64,000 nucleotides of DNA from an uncultured Chthonomonadaceae bacterium (GCA_963817895.1 CAWFQB010000005.1:288001-352000); one strand, 5' to 3'; shown: positions 1-10,003, numbered from the stretch's first letter. The notes: generated by a model not told the origin, from the letters alone. Program-made: numbers and translations.

Positions 1-13
1 TCCTAGCGCTTAC

Positions 14-412
14 ATGGATGCGGGAGCCGACGCCGAGGACGAGATAGAACTGCCGCCCCTCACCATTGCGGACGTGCTGGCGCAGGTGCGTCCCGGTGAG
101 GATTTAACGCAGGCGGCAGAGCGTAATGAACTGAACGCGCTTCGCAGCCGCGCGGCGGGATCGGAGCCGATCCCACAGGATTTGAGCGGGCGCGGCGTTC
201 GGCAGTTCCTCGCAAGTCTGGGTATTACGATGAGTCGGCGAGTGGAAAACGCTTTTCGCAATACCGCCATTCTGCTGGCGCAGGGTCGGCAGCAGAACAT
301 GGCGCAATTGGCCGCCACGCGCCGCCAGCGTTCCGCCTCCCAACATTCCACTTCCAGACCTCCGGTATCGGAACGTTCTGATTCTGACAAGGATTCTGTT
401 TCGGAACAATAG
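14..412 (+). CDS. Hypothetical protein, probably 5'-truncated by the window edge; first visible gene of the IrrE-NurA-HerA-SbcDC operon
   Basis: The frame is open from the window start. The stop lies 11 nt before the next ATG. No recognisable domain. Confidence 0.6.
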   Translation: MDAGADAEDEIELPPLTIADVLAQVRPGEDLTQAAERNELNALRSRAAGSEPIPQDLSGRGVRQFLASLGITMSRRVENAFRNTAILLAQGRQQNMAQLAATRRQRSASQHSTSRPPVSERSDSDKDSVSEQ

Positions 413-423
413 GATTTTCGCCC

Positions 424-1152
424 ATGACCACCGCCCTGTTCCCGAAGAACATTGACACCGTCATAGCCCACTTGTACACACAATCGGACGCCCCGTTGCC
501 GACGCTTCAGCGTCCCATTGTGTCGCTATTTGATTTGACGCGCGCCTATAGTCTGGTCTGCCGGGAACTGCCTGGCCTGACCAGCCATATCGCGTCCGAA
601 TTTCTCCTGCGGCGCAACGGACTTGTCTCGCCTTTGAAAGAAGCCAATCACATTCCGCTCGCCGGTTTTCTCTATGCCACAACCGATTTCGGTAGCATTT
701 TCGTGGAAAAGAACGATCCCGTGGTACGGCGACGCTTTTCGGTTGCGCATGAAATCGGACACTATCTGCTGCATTTTCTGCCTCTACTGAAGGCATCGGC
801 GAACGGAAGCGGAAGCGTTGCCGATTGGATTACGGATGCTTTTGTCGGCGTGGACAAAGAAGATGAGGCGCGTGCCACATCGAACGGGCATATTGCCGTA
901 ACGCTGTCGGAAGGAGTTCCAATTCCACAGACGCCATTTGAGCAGATGGAGCAGGAGGCCAATGAGTTTGCCGCCCGCCTGCTAATGCCTGCCGATTTGG
1001 TCACGTCCCTGGCGACACAATACGGCGTCCGCTATCGTAATGAGGAGCTGTCTTGGCGGCTTGCCACGGAAATGCTGGTCAGCCATGCTGCCATGCAATG
1101 GCGGCTGCGTCATCTCAACATTTTTGCAAGTCTGAACGCCGACCGGAATTGA
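424..1152 (+). CDS. ImmA/IrrE family Zn-metallo-endopeptidase (peptidase M78-like)
   Basis: RRRFSVAHEIGH (HExxH) and EQEANEFAARLLMP motifs. Confidence 0.92.
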   Translation: MTTALFPKNIDTVIAHLYTQSDAPLPTLQRPIVSLFDLTRAYSLVCRELPGLTSHIASEFLLRRNGLVSPLKEANHIPLAGFLYATTDFGSIFVEKNDPVVRRRFSVAHEIGHYLLHFLPLLKASANGSGSVADWITDAFVGVDKEDEARATSNGHIAVTLSEGVPIPQTPFEQMEQEANEFAARLLMPADLVTSLATQYGVRYRNEELSWRLATEMLVSHAAMQWRLRHLNIFASLNADRN

Positions 1153-1193
1153 CAAGAGCGTCTATTTGCCCCAAATACCGCACGGAGAGCCGA

Positions 1194-2252
1194 ATGGGAC
1201 TGGAATTTTTACGAAACTACGGTGCGCAACGCGTCCAAAATTATCCCGGCTTGCCGACGATGATCGGCGATATGCAGGCCGCCAATGACGAGGACAAACA
1301 GCGCATTAACCTGGATTACGAAGTGGCGCGCGATCAGTGGCAGGCGCAAAACACGGCGGGTGTGGCGGCAGATACGACTGCTTTCACCGAGGGACCATGG
1401 TGTCCGCGATGCTTCATAGACGGTAAGGATGTGGGGCGCACAGTAGCCTGGCTGCGCAGTAAGGAGGGCTATCCTGTTCCCGTGCGCCTGGCGGAAATCG
1501 GCGCGCTGGCGATGCAAAACGAGAACGGCTGTCTGCGGCGCGATTTTCATTGCGTAGAGCGTGTCATTTCCATGATGGCGGATGCGTTTCCCTGGGAGGA
1601 TGTGGAAGCGTTCGCAATGGAATTGCAGGCCGCGGGGTTTCGGCTGCTGATATGTGGGGCACCTCCGAAGGATGCCAATCCCTACGATTTCGAGATTATG
1701 CGCCAGGCCACATACAGCCGTACTATGAGTGAGATGATCCGGCTGGAACGGGTAGCCCTCAACCAGTGCTGTAATGCGCCGACTGTAATTGATGGCCGAT
1801 TGGAAACGCGCGCCGGGGCATTCGCGCACCATCAGGATGCGGTTGTCGGATTGATAAAGACTCACTCGCGCAACTTTCTGCATACGCAGGGCTGGAACAC
1901 GCTTTATGATTTGACCCCTGGCCAGCGTACGCCTGTATTTCAGTTGGAAGATGATAGCGTCAGTGTGGTAACGTGGTATCTGCGCATAGACGGCGGGCGC
2001 AGCGACATGCCGAACTGGGGCATTGTGCGCGTAGAAGCGCCGCGCCTGTTGTTCGAGCAACAGATGGGGCAGGACTGGAACTATATCAATCAACTCTCGC
2101 GCCTGCTGTGCCGCTACCGTACGCGCGATGCCGGGTATGGGCGGTCCGCCGTTACTATTCACCCCATTCAGCGGGCCGAAGAAATGCTCGGTTCCCTTTT
2201 CACCAATGCGGACACATTAATCAGCCGCTTTTATCATCTCACGAATCTGTAA
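1194..2252 (+). CDS. nurA: NurA-like nuclease (RNase H fold)
   Basis: Motifs FIDG, VIDGRL, VGLIKTH, TWYLRI and C-terminal PIQRAEEML. Directly upstream of a HerA ATPase. ATG 1194 follows GGAG. Confidence 0.75.
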   Translation: MGLEFLRNYGAQRVQNYPGLPTMIGDMQAANDEDKQRINLDYEVARDQWQAQNTAGVAADTTAFTEGPWCPRCFIDGKDVGRTVAWLRSKEGYPVPVRLAEIGALAMQNENGCLRRDFHCVERVISMMADAFPWEDVEAFAMELQAAGFRLLICGAPPKDANPYDFEIMRQATYSRTMSEMIRLERVALNQCCNAPTVIDGRLETRAGAFAHHQDAVVGLIKTHSRNFLHTQGWNTLYDLTPGQRTPVFQLEDDSVSVVTWYLRIDGGRSDMPNWGIVRVEAPRLLFEQQMGQDWNYINQLSRLLCRYRTRDAGYGRSAVTIHPIQRAEEMLGSLFTNADTLISRFYHLTNL

Positions 2253-2402
2253 ACTGTTTGCTGCAATTTTGTCTCCGGTCTGTAACAAAAGCAGGAACTG
2301 AAGGGAATATCTCGCATCGGGCGCGGAATTTGCTGTTTGAAGCGAACGCTCCAAAATATCCTCGTCTTAACAAAAGCGCGAACAAGAAAGAAGCGGGTCA
2401 CT

Positions 2403-4319
2403 ATGGCAGAGATTTTGAATGCAGAGATTCTGGAAGCAATCGGAAATGGAACGGCTGTTGTGGAAACCAGCGCAGGCAGTCCGGCGTCAGCGGATTTCGC
2501 GACAGAGTTGAAATCGCGTGGGCCGGTGTCGCGGCCGGATGGGCGATTGTGCGTGGGGCGCGTAGGAGCGCCGCCAACACAGGAAGCCACCAGCGAAGAA
2601 TTTTGTTTCTGGGTTCCGCCGGATGCGTTGGTGGAAAAGTCGCAAATCGTGACGTGCATGAGCAGGGTTGCGGGGCAGAAGTACACGTACTATGCCATTG
2701 TGGATGAGGTGCATCGGTGCAGCCGCAAGCGCAGCATGGGACATGAGGTGGATGAGGCCGACAACGACCTGGATTACGAGCCGCCGTTTGAAAGCGAAGG
2801 TTACACGTATGCCACCGCCACTATCCTGCGCGTGGAGCCGATGGCGCTCACCCCGCCCCGCGAACGCAGCGACGTGATGATGGGCAATGAAGCGGATGTG
2901 GAAAAAGCCTACAGCGCGGATGAAATCGCTCCCGGCAGCCGCCTGGCCGTTGGACTGGTCAAAAATGGAGGCAATCGCATAGCGGGACCGGGCTATATAG
3001 ATACAGACTACCTGCTCGGTGCAAATGGGGGCCACCTCAACGTCAACGGCGCGGCGGGACGGGGAACCAAATCCAGTTTTCTATTGTGGATCAACTGGCT
3101 GCTTTTGGGAGAAGCGCGGCGGCAGGAGGCCGCAAACCCTACGCGCAAAAACCGGCTTCGCATCGTGCCCATCATTCTCAACGTCAAAAACTTCGACTTG
3201 TTCTACATTGATCGCCGCAGCGTGAAGTACGAACCGGACAAACATCTGCCGGACTGGCAGGCGATGGGGTATGATGACCCTCAACCGTTTACCGACGCGG
3301 TTTATTACGCCGCGCAGCAACGGGATACGAACCAGGCCGTTCCCACCGGGCGCGCGAGTGGGGTTATGCCTTACAGCTGGAGCCTCAAAGATGTTATCGT
3401 CGAAGGGCTGATGGAATACTTGTTCGCCGAAGCGGACGCGAACGATGTCAACTTCAGCGCCCTGATTCTGGACATTCAGGACTGGCTCACACGAACGCAA
3501 CCCCGTAATGCGGGCAGCGTTGCGTTTACCCTGCGTTCCGACGGACCTCAGACATTTCGCGCACTGCTGGATTGGGTAAACGCGCAGGCGGCAGCAAAGG
3601 ACGAGACTCGCGTTGTGAGTTCGCACCATACAGCAACGTGGAAGAAACTGGCGAGGCGTCTCATCAAATTGATCTATGAATGTCAGGGGGCGTTGCGCAC
3701 CGAAGACAACAATGGCAATCCGCTGGACGTGCGGCGAAGCGATACCAGCGCCCCCATTGTGGTAGACCTGGCCGCGCTTGCTGGCGAGTCTATGATGCAG
3801 CGTTTTGTCGTGGCGACAATCTTCAAGCAACTTGTCGCCGAGCGCACGGGCGCGAAAGCCATCGGGGGCTTGATCTACCTGGTGACGCTGGATGAACTCA
3901 ACCGCTTTGCGCCGAAAGGCGCGAAAGACCCCATTACACAGTTGATTGAAAAAGTGGCGGCGGAAATGCGTTCTCAGGGCGTAATATTGCTGGGTGCGCA
4001 GCAGCAGGCTTCACGAGTCAGTGAGCGCGTCATTGAAAATGCGGGCATACGGGTGCTTGGCAAAACCGGCGTCATTGAACTTGCTGCAACCGCATGGCGC
4101 GGCCTGTCCGACAGCGCCCGGAGCAAGGCGGATCGCCTGCCGCCGGATGAAAAATTGATTTTACAGGACAATTTTCGTGAGCCGATGCACGTCAAAGTTC
4201 CGTTTCCCGTCTGGGCTATGAATCCGCAGGAGGCGCTTTCCGCCCCGCCCTCCTCCCTGTCCACACCCGGCGCATCGTCAGTAGAGACGGACGATCTGGA
4301 CGGCCTGCTAGCGGATTGA
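2403..4319 (+). CDS. herA: HerA/FtsK-superfamily ATPase with N-terminal HAS-barrel-like region
   Basis: HLNVNGAAGRGTKSS (variant Walker A), LVTLDELNRFAP (Walker B), MRSQGVILLGAQQ (Arg finger/Gln motif). Start could extend to TTG 2337. Confidence 0.85.
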   Translation: MAEILNAEILEAIGNGTAVVETSAGSPASADFATELKSRGPVSRPDGRLCVGRVGAPPTQEATSEEFCFWVPPDALVEKSQIVTCMSRVAGQKYTYYAIVDEVHRCSRKRSMGHEVDEADNDLDYEPPFESEGYTYATATILRVEPMALTPPRERSDVMMGNEADVEKAYSADEIAPGSRLAVGLVKNGGNRIAGPGYIDTDYLLGANGGHLNVNGAAGRGTKSSFLLWINWLLLGEARRQEAANPTRKNRLRIVPIILNVKNFDLFYIDRRSVKYEPDKHLPDWQAMGYDDPQPFTDAVYYAAQQRDTNQAVPTGRASGVMPYSWSLKDVIVEGLMEYLFAEADANDVNFSALILDIQDWLTRTQPRNAGSVAFTLRSDGPQTFRALLDWVNAQAAAKDETRVVSSHHTATWKKLARRLIKLIYECQGALRTEDNNGNPLDVRRSDTSAPIVVDLAALAGESMMQRFVVATIFKQLVAERTGAKAIGGLIYLVTLDELNRFAPKGAKDPITQLIEKVAAEMRSQGVILLGAQQQASRVSERVIENAGIRVLGKTGVIELAATAWRGLSDSARSKADRLPPDEKLILQDNFREPMHVKVPFPVWAMNPQEALSAPPSSLSTPGASSVETDDLDGLLAD

Positions 4320-4332
4320 AAGGAAAACGCTG

Positions 4333-5667
4333 TTGAAACTGCTGCATACCGGCGACTGGCATATCAATGCCCGCCTGGGAAATCGCTCCCGATCGGAGGA
4401 AATTTTTACGGCGATGGGGGAAATCGCCGACTTGCTGGAAACGCACAGGGTTGACGTGATGATTGTGGCAGGCGACCTGTTTCGGGACCCGCACATGGAT
4501 AAACGGGAAACCGGCGAAGTCGTCGGTCGTATCAAATCCTTGTTTGGACGATTTCTGGAGCGCGGCGGAACTATTGTCGCCATCACGGGCAACCACGATA
4601 GCGAAATCGCCTGCCGGACATTGCGTGACACGCTCGCCCTTGCGCCCGCAAAGCCGACCCCACTTACCAGCATCCTGCCATCAGGCAGGCTATATATCGA
4701 AACCGAACCCAAGCGTATTCGCCTTGCCGATTCGGAGGGCGGAATTGTGCAATTTATCCTGATGCCGTATCCGAATTCTATGTATTTACGCGGCGAAACC
4801 ACACACGCGGTGGGCAATGCCGCGCGCAACCGCGCCATTTATGAGAAATATCAGCAGGCGGTCACGCGCCTGACCGAGACGCCCGCTTTTGACGACACGT
4901 TACCCGCCGTGTTCGTCAGTCACATTCATGTGCGGGGCGTCAATGCCAATGCCCGTACCGCCTACGAGGTGAGCGAAGCCGAAGACGTTATCTTTGAACC
5001 GGGCGATATTCCCACACACTTCACATACGTGGCTTACGGACATATTCACGACGCCCGACAAAAGCCCACAGCCAATGCAGAGCATGTTCGCTATTGCGGC
5101 AGCATCGTGGCTTTGGACGCGGGTGAGCGCGACGATGTGAAAAGCGTCGTCGTGTTCGACATTACGGGCGGCAAAGCCGTTAACATCAAGGAAATTCCGC
5201 TTTCCGCGCCCAAATTCATTCATGAGATCACGCTCAACGCGGAAACAAGGGATCATGAACGCCTGGCGGAACTGTTCCCTCACATCGCGCCCGACCGCGA
5301 TCTGGTCAAGTACAATGTGGTTTATACGCCGGGCGTACATAACCTTGCAGACATCGAGCGCGCCGTTCAGGATACGTTTCCCGGCTGGTATGCGCGCAAG
5401 TTGGCTCCTTCCCAGGAGGCCATAACAATATCAACTCCGCTGCCGCCCCGTCGCAATGTAGAAGCAAACATCCGCGAGTATATCACGGCGCATTACGACG
5501 CAGGCATTACAAACGAGAAGAACGAGGTTAAACGTCTTGCCGCCGAGGCCGAGCGTGATGCGCTTTTGGAGTTGGCGATGGAGTTGTGGCATGAATGCAG
5601 CGCCGAAGCGGTAGTCTGCGGGGTAGAAACGGCAATCGGGGAAACGGCAAGAGAGGTGGCGCAATGA
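4333..5667 (+). CDS. sbcD: SbcD/Mre11 metallophosphoesterase nuclease
   Basis: HTGDWH, AGDLF, ITGNHD, SH and YVAYGHIH motifs. AAGGA RBS before the TTG start. Confidence 0.93.
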   Translation: MKLLHTGDWHINARLGNRSRSEEIFTAMGEIADLLETHRVDVMIVAGDLFRDPHMDKRETGEVVGRIKSLFGRFLERGGTIVAITGNHDSEIACRTLRDTLALAPAKPTPLTSILPSGRLYIETEPKRIRLADSEGGIVQFILMPYPNSMYLRGETTHAVGNAARNRAIYEKYQQAVTRLTETPAFDDTLPAVFVSHIHVRGVNANARTAYEVSEAEDVIFEPGDIPTHFTYVAYGHIHDARQKPTANAEHVRYCGSIVALDAGERDDVKSVVVFDITGGKAVNIKEIPLSAPKFIHEITLNAETRDHERLAELFPHIAPDRDLVKYNVVYTPGVHNLADIERAVQDTFPGWYARKLAPSQEAITISTPLPPRRNVEANIREYITAHYDAGITNEKNEVKRLAAEAERDALLELAMELWHECSAEAVVCGVETAIGETAREVAQ

Positions 5668-8525
5668 TTCCAACTCGTATTCGGCTTCAAGGGTTTCTCA
5701 GCTATGGCAGCAACGCGCAGACGCTGGAATTCGGCGATTCGCCGATGTGGCTGCTTGCCGGCCCTAACGGCGCGGGCAAATCTTCGGTTTTCGACGCCAT
5801 TCAGTTCGCCCTGTATGGCTCCCACCGGGACGGCAAAACAGGCTTCGACAATCTGATTCATAAAGGGCAGGATCGGTTCGAAATTGAGGTTGAATTCATC
5901 GCCAATGACCGAACGTTTTGCGTAAGGCGTTCGCGCGACAACCGAGACAACCAAACCTGTGAAGTATTCGAGGTGACAGGCGAGGGCCCGAACCGCAGCC
6001 TGAAAGCCCTTCCCGAAGTGGGCCGCGCCACGCTGACGCAATGGGTGCAGTCCACGCTGGGCATGACCGAAGAGACGTTTGCCGCCTCTACGCTGCTCAA
6101 ACAGGGTGGCAGCGACGCGCTGATCGAGGCCGATAAAAACGAGCGATTCAAGATGTTGAGCGAACTGGTGAATTTGTCGGATTACGACCGGCTGTACAGC
6201 AAGGCAGACGCGCTGCACAAACACTGGAAGGGAAGGCAGGAAAGCGCGAAACGGCGCATGGACGCGATTTTCGCGAACGGAGATAGCGGGTTGAAGGACG
6301 CGCGGCAGGAAAGCGCGGCGCAGGAGCGGCAGGCGCAAAAACAGCAGCGTATTCTGGATGCCTCCAAACGGCTGTTAAGTCGTCTGGGCGCGCGCAAAGT
6401 CCATGCGCAGAATCTGGTCAAACTCGTCCGCGAGGAGCAGGAACTGCAAACAGCCATCAAGGAAGCCGCGCCCACTCTACAACAGGAAGCGCAGATTCAG
6501 GCAGACTCGGCGCGTTGGAATGGCCTGCGAACCGCGCTGCCCATCCTGCGAGAACTGCGCAGTGGACTGGAAGCGCGGGCGCGCTGCGAAGCCGACCTTG
6601 CCGCCAATGCGCCCAACCAGGATTCCTGGCAGACAGGGCTTGCCAGCCACTACCACTTGCCGGAGGAAACGGACGGACTGCTGACCATACTGCTTACAGC
6701 AGTAGAAGCGGAGGAATCCGCGCTGACCGCCACGCAAACCGCCCTGCCCTGGCTGCGGATGTTCGCGGAAGCGCGCGCGGAAGGGCAACTGGCGAAGCAG
6801 GTGCATGATCTGCAAAACGCTCGTTCCAGACAGATCAGCCGCATTAGAACCCTTGTGGAAGCGAAACTACAGGGCGCGGATCAGGCGAAAACCGATGCTG
6901 AACGACTGGCGCAGGAACAGCGCGACGCCTGGCGGAACGCGCAAATGCAGGTAAAAACGGCGCAGGAACGCGCCCATCAAATGGACGCGCTCGACGGTTC
7001 ACCGGCCTGCGACATCTGCGGACAGGAACTATCCCCCCTTCATCTGGCTACAGAGCGCGAACGCCGAACAAGCGCGCAGCAGATGGCGGAAGCGGCATTG
7101 CTGGAAGCGGAGTGCGCGTATCGCGCCGCTCAGGAAGCGCAGCAGCAGGCGCAGACACGCTGCCGTCTCTGGCAGGGGCGGCAGCAAATGCTCGATACAA
7201 AGTCCGGTCAGTTGGAAGCAGACAAGCGCGCTACTAACAGCGATTACAAACATGCCCGCGCCAACGCGCAAAACGCGCTGAATGCCCTCGCCGGTCTCAG
7301 CGATAACTACGCGGCGGCGATTGGAATTGCCGCGCAAGCTGTTCTCGACAACAGCCTGGAATGGCTGGACTCTACCTATCCCACCGATAAGGATTGCGCC
7401 CACTTGCTGCGGCAGTGCGCCCGGCTGCCGCAAACCCGAACCATTCTGGAAGCGGTACGCGGCCTGTCACAAAGTGACAGCAAAATCAACCAGAATCTGT
7501 GTCTGCTTACAGACGAGTGGCGGCAGGAAGTGATGGAACTGGACGCAAACCGCCTGAAAACCAGGATCATCGGGTGGGACAGGGAAACAGCGGAACTTGC
7601 GGGCGCGGATACCCGGTTGGCGTTGCTGACTACAGCGAAAGATAAGCAGGTGGCCCGCCAGTTGCGTCTTGAGCGTATCGGCGTGGATAGACAGGAGATT
7701 CTTTATCAGGCCGAATGTGACGCGGACGCGCTCGATCTTGAAAGCATTGAATGTCGGATGCGTTACGCTGATGCCCGACAGATTCAGGCGCAAACGACGC
7801 GCGAAAACGCGCTGAAGCGGCAGCAAACGCTGGAGGAGAACAGCCTCGCGTACTGCCGGGAGCGCGAGGATTGGAAATCCGCCGAATTAAAGGCCGCGCG
7901 CCACAAGAAACTGGCCGAACTGATCGGGCCTGTCGGCCTACAGCGCGAACTGCTGTGGGAAGCGGAAAGAGGCATTCTGGCCCATGCCAACGAAACTCTG
8001 GAAACGCTTTCCGACGGACAACTCCGTCTGCAACTGCGCAGCGAGATGAACGAGCAAACCGCGTCGGATGGCGTGAAGTTCAAAAAAATCGCCAAATCTC
8101 GCTTGAAGGAAGCCTTCGACGTGGTGTGCTGCAACAGTGAAATTGGCGGGCATGGCATCGGACTGGCGTTTCTGAGCGGCAGCCAGAAGTTTCGCGTTGC
8201 CGTCAGTTTGGCTCTGGGCATAGGGCAGTATTTTGGGCGTGAGGGACAGGGAGCGCAAGCGGTTATCATTGACGAGGGGTTTGGCAGCCTGGACAAGCAG
8301 AACCGGGACGTGATGATTGCCGAACTTCAAAAACTAAGCGGCAAACTCAAGCGCATCATTGTTGTCTCACACCAGGAGGAGTTTCGAGACGCCTTCGAAT
8401 ATCGCTACGACATTCGCCTGGATAAGCATAATCACGCCTCTATAACCCAAATGGTGACGCCGCTGCATCCGGCGGTGGACGAAAGCGATACAAACGCGAT
8501 GGCAGAAAATGAGCGCAAAATTTAA
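5664..8525 (+). CDS. sbcC: SbcC/Rad50 SMC-family ATPase
   Basis: GPNGAGKSS Walker A, long coiled coil with CDIC zinc hook (~7008-7019), LSGSQ signature, IIDEGFGSLD Walker B/D-loop, VSH. ATGA overlap with sbcD. Confidence 0.95.
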   Translation: MIPTRIRLQGFLSYGSNAQTLEFGDSPMWLLAGPNGAGKSSVFDAIQFALYGSHRDGKTGFDNLIHKGQDRFEIEVEFIANDRTFCVRRSRDNRDNQTCEVFEVTGEGPNRSLKALPEVGRATLTQWVQSTLGMTEETFAASTLLKQGGSDALIEADKNERFKMLSELVNLSDYDRLYSKADALHKHWKGRQESAKRRMDAIFANGDSGLKDARQESAAQERQAQKQQRILDASKRLLSRLGARKVHAQNLVKLVREEQELQTAIKEAAPTLQQEAQIQADSARWNGLRTALPILRELRSGLEARARCEADLAANAPNQDSWQTGLASHYHLPEETDGLLTILLTAVEAEESALTATQTALPWLRMFAEARAEGQLAKQVHDLQNARSRQISRIRTLVEAKLQGADQAKTDAERLAQEQRDAWRNAQMQVKTAQERAHQMDALDGSPACDICGQELSPLHLATERERRTSAQQMAEAALLEAECAYRAAQEAQQQAQTRCRLWQGRQQMLDTKSGQLEADKRATNSDYKHARANAQNALNALAGLSDNYAAAIGIAAQAVLDNSLEWLDSTYPTDKDCAHLLRQCARLPQTRTILEAVRGLSQSDSKINQNLCLLTDEWRQEVMELDANRLKTRIIGWDRETAELAGADTRLALLTTAKDKQVARQLRLERIGVDRQEILYQAECDADALDLESIECRMRYADARQIQAQTTRENALKRQQTLEENSLAYCREREDWKSAELKAARHKKLAELIGPVGLQRELLWEAERGILAHANETLETLSDGQLRLQLRSEMNEQTASDGVKFKKIAKSRLKEAFDVVCCNSEIGGHGIGLAFLSGSQKFRVAVSLALGIGQYFGREGQGAQAVIIDEGFGSLDKQNRDVMIAELQKLSGKLKRIIVVSHQEEFRDAFEYRYDIRLDKHNHASITQMVTPLHPAVDESDTNAMAENERKI

Positions 8526-8555
8526 GGGGCGCGTTCGTCATAAGCGTCCTTTTAT

Positions 8556-9488
8556 TTACCTCGGCACGGGTATTTTCTCCAAGCCTTCTTCAATGATATG
8601 GGAGGATTGGACGCCGCCGTAACGGGCTTTGGTGTCGAGCATCAGGCGGTGGGCGAGGACGGGAACGGCGAGGGCGCGAACGTCTTCGGGCAGAACGTAA
8701 TCGCGGCCTTCGAGCAGGGCGCGGGCTTGACTCGTCCGGTACAGGGCGAGCGAACCGCGTGGGCTTGCGCTCAGGCGCAGGCGGGGATCGGTTCGCGTCG
8801 CTTCCACAAGGCGCAACAGGTACTCCGCCACGCTGCGCTCGACCCGCACCCGCTTCACCTCCTGCTGCGCCTGAAGGATTTCCTGACAGGTGACAATGGG
8901 AACCAGCCGGTCGAACGGATCGGTTTCGTTGTGGCTGAACAGGATTTCCAGTTCGTCCATAAACGCGGGATAACCCAATGTAACGCGAACGGCAAACCGA
9001 TCCAACTGCGCTTCGGGCAGGGGGTACGTGCCGTGAAAGTCGGTCGGGTTCTGCGTGGCAATCACGAAAAACGGTTGGGGCAAATCGCGCCGCCGCCCCT
9101 CAATCGTAATCTGGTTTTCGCTCATCACTTCCAGAAGGGCCGATTGGGTGCGCGGGCTGGTGCGGTTGATCTCATCGGCCAGCAGCACATTGGCGAATAC
9201 CGGCCCCTCTCGAAACTCGAACACGCCCTCTTTCGGACTGTAAAAACTGCTGCCCGTAATGTCGGCGGGCAACAAATCGGGCGTAAACTGAACGCGCCGA
9301 AATATGCCGTCAATGGAACGCGCCAGCGATTTGGCGAGCGTGGTTTTGCCGGTTCCCGGCACGTCTTCAAGCAGCACATGCCCGCCCGCGAGCAGGGAAA
9401 TCAGCGTCAGGCGGATGCTGTCGGGTTTGCCGCGTATCACGCTTTCAAGATTGTTTTGAATGTTCTGGATGGGTTCGGAAAGCAGCAA
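8556..9488 (-). CDS. moxR: MoxR family AAA+ ATPase
   Basis: LLEDVPGTGKT, RVQFTPDLLPADITG, LLADEINR, ATQNP and LPEAQLDRF. Confidence 0.96.
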   Translation of the reverse strand: MLLSEPIQNIQNNLESVIRGKPDSIRLTLISLLAGGHVLLEDVPGTGKTTLAKSLARSIDGIFRRVQFTPDLLPADITGSSFYSPKEGVFEFREGPVFANVLLADEINRTSPRTQSALLEVMSENQITIEGRRRDLPQPFFVIATQNPTDFHGTYPLPEAQLDRFAVRVTLGYPAFMDELEILFSHNETDPFDRLVPIVTCQEILQAQQEVKRVRVERSVAEYLLRLVEATRTDPRLRLSASPRGSLALYRTSQARALLEGRDYVLPEDVRALAVPVLAHRLMLDTKARYGGVQSSHIIEEGLEKIPVPR

Positions 9489-9548
9489 GTATCACCTTTT
9501 CAACAACGGACGATAAATAAAGCCAAACGGTGGATGAAGCAAACAGGT

Positions 9549-9803
9549 CTACATATCTATCCAGTAGCCCAATCCGGCCTGCCGGATAGCGTCCTCGCGT
9601 ATTTTGTAGGCCAGGTTCGGTTCCACGCGCTTTTTCTCCAGTATCTCCACCGCCTCGGCTTCAAACAGTTCGGTGTCGCAGGCGGGGTCGGCCAGCATCT
9701 CGTCGTACTCCTCCTGCGTCAGATGATAAAACACGCCCGCGCCGGATTGGGCGCTCCGCCCTCCGCCAACCGCCGCTTTCCCCGATTCTCTGATTTTTTT
9801 CAT
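9549..9803 (-). CDS. Small hypothetical protein (84 aa)
   Basis: AAGGAG RBS before ATG 9803. Plausible helical acidic sequence with no known motif. Confidence 0.5.
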   Translation of the reverse strand: MKKIRESGKAAVGGGRSAQSGAGVFYHLTQEEYDEMLADPACDTELFEAEAVEILEKKRVEPNLAYKIREDAIRQAGLGYWIDM

Positions 9804-9860
9804 TGTCCCATTCTCCTTCTTTGTTCTGAGATTGCCCCCCGCGTCTCCGCCTGTCCCCAA

Positions 9861-9921
9861 CCCCTTCCCCCAGGTTGCGTATTTCAAAGCGAAGCAGAAA
9901 TACGCAACCTGGGGGAAGGGG
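9861..9921. repeat. Perfect 25-bp inverted repeat with 11-nt loop (REP-like hairpin)
   Basis: CCCCTTCCCCCAGGTTGCGTATTTC at 9861-9885 and its exact reverse complement at 9897-9921. Confidence 0.9.
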
Positions 9922-10003
9922 GAGCTACTTGTTTTATCCGGTAAGGCGAACGTAGTTCACAGGGGTTGTTCGGAGTTAATATCCAATATCTCGTATCTCG
10001 TAT

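Noticed and set aside
1053..1193. N-terminal extension of the NurA ORF in the ORF track
   Set aside because: It overlaps the peptidase gene. ATG 1194 has an RBS and is the better start.
8598..9944. 448-aa + strand ORF
   Set aside because: Antisense shadow of moxR with no motifs, as expected in GC-rich DNA.
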